The notes under the pieces were generated by a model. It saw nothing but the letters and a program-made list of their open reading frames with translations. It did not search any database and was not told the origin of the DNA. 18,778 nt of DNA from a virus (Duplodnaviria; Heunggongvirae; Uroviricota; Caudoviricetes). Shown piece by piece: positions 14,435-18,778 of this stretch (its first letter is position 1; the number at the start of each line of letters is the position of its first letter). Position numbers and translations under genes: made by a program. The stretch is taken from the IMG/VR virus record IMGVR_UViG_3300047274_000273, positions 119,217 to 137,994 of that record; one strand, written 5' to 3'.

Positions 14435-14508
14435 GGTGTTGTTAGTGTAATGGCTGCACGGCTGTCTGTGAAACAGTAAGGGAGGGTTCGATTCCCCACT
14501 TCACCCCA
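14435..14508 (+). tRNA. tRNA-His(GTG), irregular
   Basis: G-1:C73; CTGTGAA loop; two U.U pairs in the acceptor stem; short T-stem. Confidence 0.75.
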
Positions 14509-14513
14509 TGTAT

Positions 14514-14587
14514 AGTTCCTTAGTTCAATGGTAGAACGATACTTTGACATGGTATAGACACAAGTTCAATTCTTGTAGGAACTACCA
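14514..14587 (+). tRNA. tRNA-Val(GAC)
   Basis: TTGACAT loop. Confidence 0.88.
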
Positions 14588-14678
14588 TATGTAAACACAT
14601 TAGTGAAAGAACGGTCGTAGACCTTAGGGCTTAGCCTGCGGCATTGTCCTTCGACGGTGGCTAGTGTGTTTGCATATG
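14586..14678 (+). repeat. Stem-closed RNA cassette, copy C
   Basis: CATATGTAAACACATTAGT ... GCTAGTGTGTTTGCATATG, 19-bp stem. Confidence 0.7.
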
Positions 14679-14683
14679 TTAAT

Positions 14684-14759
14684 GCCGCTTTAGCTGATGT
14701 GGTCATAGCACCGGTTTGAAGCACCGAGGAACTAGGTTCGATCCCTAGAGGCGGCACCA
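14684..14759 (+). tRNA. tRNA-Phe(GAA)
   Basis: TTGAAGC loop (G37, C38). Confidence 0.85.
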
Positions 14760-14831
14760 GAGTACTCCTTATTGTGTACTGTGCGTTTCATGATAAGGGA
14801 AGGGAGAAGGCACAGTTCTCCCGAGAGATAT

Positions 14832-14908
14832 GCGGATGTGACGGAATTGGTATACGTATTAGACTTAAAATCTAAGTACTGAGGGTTCGAGTCCCTCCAT
14901 CCGTACCA
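14832..14908 (+). tRNA. tRNA-Leu(TAA), short variable region
   Basis: CTTAAAA loop; 5-nt variable region. Confidence 0.88.
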
Positions 14909-14909
14909 T

Positions 14910-14986
14910 GCCCAGATGGCGGAATTGGTATACGCACTATGTTGAGGTCGTAGGCGCTGCGGGTTCGAGTCCCGCTCTGGGTACCA
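14910..14986 (+). tRNA. tRNA-Leu(GAG), short variable region
   Basis: TTGAGGT loop; 5-nt variable region. Confidence 0.88.
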
Positions 14987-14993
14987 AAAAATT

Positions 14994-15065
14994 GCCTCTG
15001 CTGATGGAGCAGTGCCAGGTCTTCTAAACCAGGTTATGGGAGTTCGAATCTCTCCAGAGGCGCCA
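14994..15065 (+). tRNA. Atypical tRNA-Arg(TCT) with a reduced D-arm
   Basis: Perfect 7-bp acceptor; CTTCTAA loop; D region CTG-ATGGAG-CAG; A.A in the anticodon stem. Confidence 0.65.
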
Positions 15066-15073
15066 TATAAAGG

Positions 15074-15102
15074 TTGACAGTAACAAACAAAGGCTATATA
15101 AT
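15074..15102 (+). promoter_or_regulatory. sigma70-type promoter (perfect consensus)
   Basis: TTGACA-17-TATAAT. Confidence 0.88.
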
Positions 15103-15138
15103 ATACACTTGTTCGTTAAAAATTCAAAGTAGTTAATT

Positions 15139-15219
15139 GCCCCGGTGGTGGAATTGGTAGACACGCTGGTCTTAGAAGCCAGTCTTCGGGTACGAGTTCG
15201 AGTCTCGTCTGGGGCACCA
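15139..15219 (+). tRNA. tRNA-Leu(TAG)
   Basis: CTTAGAA loop; 9-nt variable region. Confidence 0.92.
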
Positions 15220-15225
15220 TTAAAA

Positions 15226-15374
15226 AATAACATTGACAGGTATCGTCTATGGACGCATAGACTTACGAAGAATAGGGCCATCTTACTCTTCTGAAAAAAC
15301 TGCGGGCAATGGCTTATGAGGAGAATCGAACTCCACTCAGAAATTCGCTCCATCCCATAGGGTGCAATGTTATT
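15226..15374 (+). ncRNA. Unidentified structured ncRNA candidate
   Basis: AATAACATTG/CAATGTTATT closing stem; GTCTATG-GACG-CATAGAC hairpin. Confidence 0.5.
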
Positions 15375-15392
15375 CTTTAATGGTAAGTTTTT

Positions 15393-15471
15393 CCGGGTGT
15401 AGCTTAGTCTGGCTTAAAGCGCCTGCTTTGGGAGCAGGAGATCGTGAGTTCGAATCCCACTTCCCGGACCA
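15393..15471 (+). tRNA. tRNA-Pro(TGG)
   Basis: CCTGC-TTTGGGA-GCAGG arm. Confidence 0.92.
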
Positions 15472-15476
15472 ATTTT

Positions 15477-15552
15477 GCATCCTTAACTCAGTTGGTAGAG
15501 TTCCGCCTTTACACGGCGGCTGTCGGGAGTTCGAGTCTCTCAGGATGCACCA
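15477..15552 (+). tRNA. tRNA-Val(TAC)
   Basis: TTTACAC loop. Confidence 0.95.
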
Positions 15553-15560
15553 TATAGTAC

Positions 15561-15654
15561 GGTGAGTTGGATGAGCTGGTTTAAATCACTTTCCTGCTAA
15601 GAAAGAGTTCGATGTAAAGTCGGGCCGTGGGTTCGAATCCCACACTCACCACCA
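15561..15654 (+). tRNA. tRNA-Ser(GCT)
   Basis: CTGCTAA loop; long V-arm. Confidence 0.92.
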
Positions 15655-15674
15655 ATTTTAAAAAGGAAAAATAA

Positions 15675-15854
15675 ATGCTTAAACCCGGTCCAAACTATAG
15701 AATGAGTAAACAAGGTAAAAGATTTGCTGCTCTCATCATTGATTCTCATCAGCGAGGTGAATTTCTTCGCTCGACTGTTCAGGCAGAATTAGCAGCGGCT
15801 ATTCAACCCAAGCGTGAAAAACCACGCCGTGATGTTCCACAAGGTAATCAGTAA
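15675..15854 (+). CDS. Small basic hypothetical protein (59 aa; not in the ORF track)
   Basis: AAGGA SD; MLKPGPNYRMSKQGKRFAALIIDSHQRGEFLRSTVQAELAAAIQPKREKPRRDVPQGNQ. Confidence 0.7.
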   Translation: MLKPGPNYRMSKQGKRFAALIIDSHQRGEFLRSTVQAELAAAIQPKREKPRRDVPQGNQ

Positions 15855-15856
15855 TC

Positions 15857-16114
15857 ATGGTTGCACGTAATGATATCACGGGCGATGCAATTCAAACCAA
15901 AAGTGCATCGGAAGCATATCGAGATAATTACGATTTAATTTTTAGGAAAAATAATATGCAGGTAAGAGTAGCAGAAGAAGGTAAAAAGATTGGAACTTGT
16001 GGTTGTGGTCGTTCGCCCACCGGCGATTGTATCGGTTGGCACGGTCTCAGCGAAACTGTCTATCAAGAAAAACTTCAGAAGTATCTTGAAGAACAGAAGG
16101 TCGCTGATAAGTAA
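15857..16114 (+). CDS. Small protein with a CDGSH-like Fe-S motif
   Basis: CGCGRSPTGDCIGWH; a second SD and ATG at about 15957. Confidence 0.7.
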   Translation: MVARNDITGDAIQTKSASEAYRDNYDLIFRKNNMQVRVAEEGKKIGTCGCGRSPTGDCIGWHGLSETVYQEKLQKYLEEQKVADK

Positions 16115-16120
16115 AAAGTT

Positions 16121-16196
16121 GGGGGTATAGCTCAGCTGGGAGAGCAGTAGCTTTGCAAGCTAAAGGTCGTCGGTTCGATCCCGTCTACCTCCACCA
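16121..16196 (+). tRNA. tRNA-Ala(TGC)
   Basis: Canonical; G3.U70. Confidence 0.95.
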
Positions 16197-16201
16197 AATT
16201 T

Positions 16202-16275
16202 GCTCTGTTAGTTAAATGGTATAACAGTTGCCTTGTAAGCATCAGTCGTTGGTTCGATTCCATCACGGAGCACCA
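16202..16275 (+). tRNA. tRNA-Thr(TGT), second copy
   Basis: CTTGTAA loop; U.U mismatches in the anticodon and T stems. Confidence 0.88.
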
Positions 16276-16291
16276 GTATTACCAAAATGTC

Positions 16292-16319
16292 TTGACAAAG
16301 ACGTTAATGAGTGTATAAT
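16292..16319 (+). promoter_or_regulatory. sigma70-type promoter
   Basis: TTGACA-16-TATAAT. Confidence 0.7.
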
Positions 16320-16609
16320 ATTTTTGTTACGGTAGAAATACTGTAACCGGTGAAGCAGAAGGTAGATGAGGATAGACGTTGTATGGCTTCATGCCGTACA
16401 GACTAATTCTGGCAAAGACGCTTGAAACGTCTCCGTGCTTGGGTGATCCGATTTTATAGACTGTCATTTGCTGATCGGAAATATTCAGGCCACTGTCGCC
16501 TGTGTATTGCACGTTGTCTAGACCGACGACTTCGAACAATAGGTCTTGTCAATTGTCCGGTCTATTACTTGACCTTTTGCCGACCCGTCAACAACATCAA
16601 GGAAGCTAC

Positions 16610-16855
16610 ATGGCTAGGATTTCAGCGGAAGAAGCGGCAGCAGCGATAGGTAACAGATTTGACTTGGTGTTAGTAGCCAGTCAACGAGCGAGAGAGATTA
16701 AGAATGGGTCTAGGCCTAGGATAGCTGATCAGAACTCTACACCCTGTGTAGCAGCTCTTAAAGAAATCGAAGAAGGCAAGTATACCTACAACGACTATTT
16801 GGTCACAGTACAACGAAAGAAAAAAGGACACAGAGATGAATATTTCCCTACGTAA
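16610..16855 (+). CDS. rpoZ: RNA polymerase omega subunit
   Basis: AAGGAAG SD before ATG 16610; MARIS...GNRFDLVLVASQRAREI..G..P...ALKEIEEG matches the omega signature. Confidence 0.9.
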   Translation: MARISAEEAAAAIGNRFDLVLVASQRAREIKNGSRPRIADQNSTPCVAALKEIEEGKYTYNDYLVTVQRKKKGHRDEYFPT

Positions 16856-17408
16856 AGCAAACGCAATCCAAAACAACATCAATGACGCTATCCGTAGTGT
16901 CAAGATCGAATCTAGCATCGAACTCAACGAGTTTCAGGATGTGGCTGTAGAGCTGCAAAAGGCCAACGATCTGGTCATCGCCAACGATGCCCGTAGGCAG
17001 AAACTGTTGTTGGCTCTGTACAACATCAGAGGCCTAGTCGGCACAGCCAATGCCAGCTGCGGTATCGATCTTAGCTTGGCCAAGGCTGCGTTTATCGACA
17101 AGCGTATCGCTCAGCTCGAAGAATTGGCATCGTTAAAGGCAGTCACATCATTAGATGTGATCAAAGGTAAACTTGAGAAAATCAAAAGCCTTAAAGACGA
17201 AGCTCGTAGCCGTATCTATGGCTACGGTGACACCGTGAGCACCACAGTGGTCAGCCAAAGTCAGATCGATCAGGCCAAGGCAGAGATTCTAAATCTCAAG
17301 AAGCAGAAGCAAAAGCTCAACGACGAAGTGCTTGAGCTTAACATCAAAACTGAGATTCCTCTCAGCGATGAAACAGTAGCTCTTCTACAAGCAGAAGGCC
17401 TACTGTAA
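16836..17408 (+). CDS. Hypothetical coiled-coil protein
   Basis: 190-aa helical ORF overlapping the end of rpoZ. Confidence 0.8.
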   Translation: MNISLRKANAIQNNINDAIRSVKIESSIELNEFQDVAVELQKANDLVIANDARRQKLLLALYNIRGLVGTANASCGIDLSLAKAAFIDKRIAQLEELASLKAVTSLDVIKGKLEKIKSLKDEARSRIYGYGDTVSTTVVSQSQIDQAKAEILNLKKQKQKLNDEVLELNIKTEIPLSDETVALLQAEGLL

Positions 17409-17410
17409 CA

Positions 17411-17614
17411 GACCCCGGGGTCCCTTCCTCGTTATTAAAGGGGGTAATTGGCTTCACCAGAATGCCAGGGTACAAACGGTAACGACCCCAAGGCCCTCTT
17501 TAGGGGCGACTTGAGACACCGTGGCGGCAGAAGTAGAACTGACGACAAAGATGCAAATACTAACGGACAGGGTAACAACTCAGTCTAGGGCGGAACAGGG
17601 AACCGTAGCTAGAC
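17411..17614 (+). ncRNA. Unidentified structured ncRNA candidate
   Basis: About 200 nt, non-coding; GGGGTC/GACCCC and GTCTAG/CTAGAC stems. Confidence 0.45.
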
Positions 17615-17727
17615 ACTTTTAATGAGTAGATTGACGAGATTTCGACACTCCGGCAAGAGTAACATTATCAAGTCGATTTGCCGATCGAGGGGGCCTATAA
17701 TTTCCCTTCAGTCTACTCCTTAAAAGT
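17615..17727 (+). ncRNA. Stem-closed, pseudoknot-capable RNA candidate
   Basis: 19-bp closing stem with one mismatch; ACTC-CGGCAA-GAGT loop complementary to TTGCCG. Confidence 0.5.
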
Positions 17728-17736
17728 AAAGTCTAT

Positions 17737-17810
17737 CGCGGGATAGAGAAACGGTAACTCAAGAGTCTCATAAGCTCTAGATCCTGGTTCGATTCCAGGT
17801 CCCGCAACCA
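17737..17810 (+). tRNA. tRNA-fMet-like (CAT)
   Basis: C1.A72 mismatch and A11-U24; CTCATAA loop; lacks the three G-C anticodon-stem pairs. Confidence 0.85.
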
Positions 17811-17814
17811 TTCT

Positions 17815-17889
17815 CTCGCTATAGTTCAATGGACAGAACGGTTCTCTCCTAAAGAACAAATCCAGGTTCGACTCCTGGTGGCGAGGCCA
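17815..17889 (+). tRNA. tRNA-Arg(CCT)
   Basis: CTCCTAA loop. Confidence 0.92.
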
Positions 17890-17906
17890 GAAGTAAATAG
17901 TTTTAT

Positions 17907-17980
17907 GCGGGGTTCGTATAGTGGTAATACCTCAGCCTTCCAAGCTGATGCGGAGAGTTCGATTCTCTTACCCCGCTCCA
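17907..17980 (+). tRNA. tRNA-Gly(TCC)
   Basis: CTTCCAA loop; U73. Confidence 0.95.
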
Positions 17981-18778
17981 TTAATCTACAAAATGAAAAA
18001 CTACTTCGGTAGTTTTTCTTTTGACAAAATAATCTAAATCACTATCGGGATTGATAGACCCCACAGGAAATTCCAGAGGAGCGATCAGCTTATTATCTGT
18101 CACAGATTCTAGCCAATTTTGAAATTCACAACTTTTATAAATTGCAGTTCGCTGGTCATCCAATTTTAAATCTAAATTTCCAAAAGTATAATCTATTCCT
18201 GATATCGCAGGAGAATTAGTAGATTCGTCATCGAGGAAACTTTGATAAAATGTTTTTCCTAGTATTTCATTAGAAAATACTACATCATAAAATGTATCAT
18301 TTTTTAGAGTACTATGATACAGGTCTTGTTCTTCTTGAGTGATTTCAAACCATAAGTCCAACCCGTGATCGTTTTGATCTATGTGTGTTTGTAAACGCTT
18401 ATGTCCGTACTGTTCGGCACTGAGATAATTTTTGGTAAAATCTGAATACAGTTCTAATTTATGAACCAATGAATTTATTATCTTCGATGATTCGGAAATA
18501 GAATTTTCCCAAGATGACGATTTAATCCAATGGTCGGGGTAATGAGTTTGCAGGTAAAAATTTATACCGACGAATATGTTATGAACATCATTACACCAGC
18601 GTTGATCTCGATTGAATGTATCATGTAAAGTGGGAAACTCAAATTGAGTTATATTTTTTTGTTTTAAAAGTTTTTTAAAATTTGAAATTTCATTTAATAA
18701 CTGTGAATATATTTCTATATGCCTATCGTCTCGAAGAACAATCGGTGCATGACCATATAAATTAAGTATTCCTTTAAT
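17981..18778 (-). CDS. Hypothetical protein, 5'-partial (at least 265 aa)
   Basis: The frame of the 162-aa track ORF stays open for 103 more codons to the window edge (IKGILNLYGHAP...), so the track's TTG start is internal. Confidence 0.8.
   Translation of the reverse strand: MKGILNLYGHAPIVLRDDRHIEIYSQLLNEISNFKKLLKQKNITQFEFPTLHDTFNRDQRWCNDVHNIFVGINFYLQTHYPDHWIKSSSWENSISESSKIINSLVHKLELYSDFTKNYLSAEQYGHKRLQTHIDQNDHGLDLWFEITQEEQDLYHSTLKNDTFYDVVFSNEILGKTFYQSFLDDESTNSPAISGIDYTFGNLDLKLDDQRTAIYKSCEFQNWLESVTDNKLIAPLEFPVGSINPDSDLDYFVKRKTTEVVFHFVD
17996..18022 (+). terminator. Intrinsic terminator ending the tRNA array
   Basis: AAAAACTAC-TTCG-GTAGTTTTT followed by CTTTT. Confidence 0.8.

Noticed and set aside
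12311-14678. CRISPR array suggested by the recurring CATAT..AAACACA motif
   Set aside because: The copies are inverted-repeat ends 1-1.3 kb apart, not regularly spaced direct repeats; no cas genes.
16416-16432. Anticodon-arm-like hairpin AGACG-CTTGAAA-CGTCT
   Set aside because: No D-arm, T-arm or acceptor stem around it, so it is not called a tRNA.
12668-16539. Track ORFs 12668(-), 13496, 13660(-), 14029(-), 14566(-), 15024(-), 15362, 16327(-) and 16422
   Set aside because: They overlap tRNAs or structured RNAs and lack start signals; likely shadow ORFs.
16502-16927. Track start 16502 for rpoZ, and minus ORF 16670-16927
   Set aside because: The omega signature and SD begin at 16610; the minus ORF is its antisense shadow.
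1-18778. Stop-codon reassignment
   Set aside because: Genes pack tightly under code 11, TAG, TGA and TAA all end well-placed ORFs, and no CTA, TCA or TTA suppressor anticodon was found.
1-18778. Prophage or integrative element at the tRNAs
   Set aside because: No integrase, transposase or duplicated tRNA 3' end (att) is visible in the window.

Overview
This window looks like part of a large lytic tailed-phage genome (inference from sigma70-type TTGACA/TATAAT promoters, T4-like TAAATA late boxes, dense small ORFs, phage-borne clpP and rpoZ, and standard genetic code). Nearly everything is on the + strand. (1) 1-6812: a train of tightly overlapping small hypothetical genes, many ending in a shared F-x-L-[KR]-W motif, then a DUF3307-like membrane protein and ClpP. 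(2) 6870-9705: two paralogous ferritin-like diiron proteins, a class I glutamine amidotransferase-like hydrolase and a sulfotransferase-like protein. (3) 9720-17980: an array of 36 tRNA genes covering all 20 amino acids, all with encoded CCA, interleaved with a GOLLD-like giant ncRNA, several unexplained structured RNAs, small ORFs and rpoZ. The strongest candidate for an undescribed system is at the head of the array. A 46-codon leader peptide (9889-10029) uses all 20 amino acids within its first 34 codons and overlaps an antiterminator that competes with an intrinsic terminator. This is the architecture of a ribosome-mediated attenuator that could sense loss of any charged tRNA and allow read-through into the phage tRNA array. 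Also notable: a tRNA-Ile with two anticodon-like arms (UAU and GAU), several D-arm-reduced tRNAs, and a tRNA-like element inside the GOLLD-like RNA. All calls were made by eye; no databases or folding software were run.
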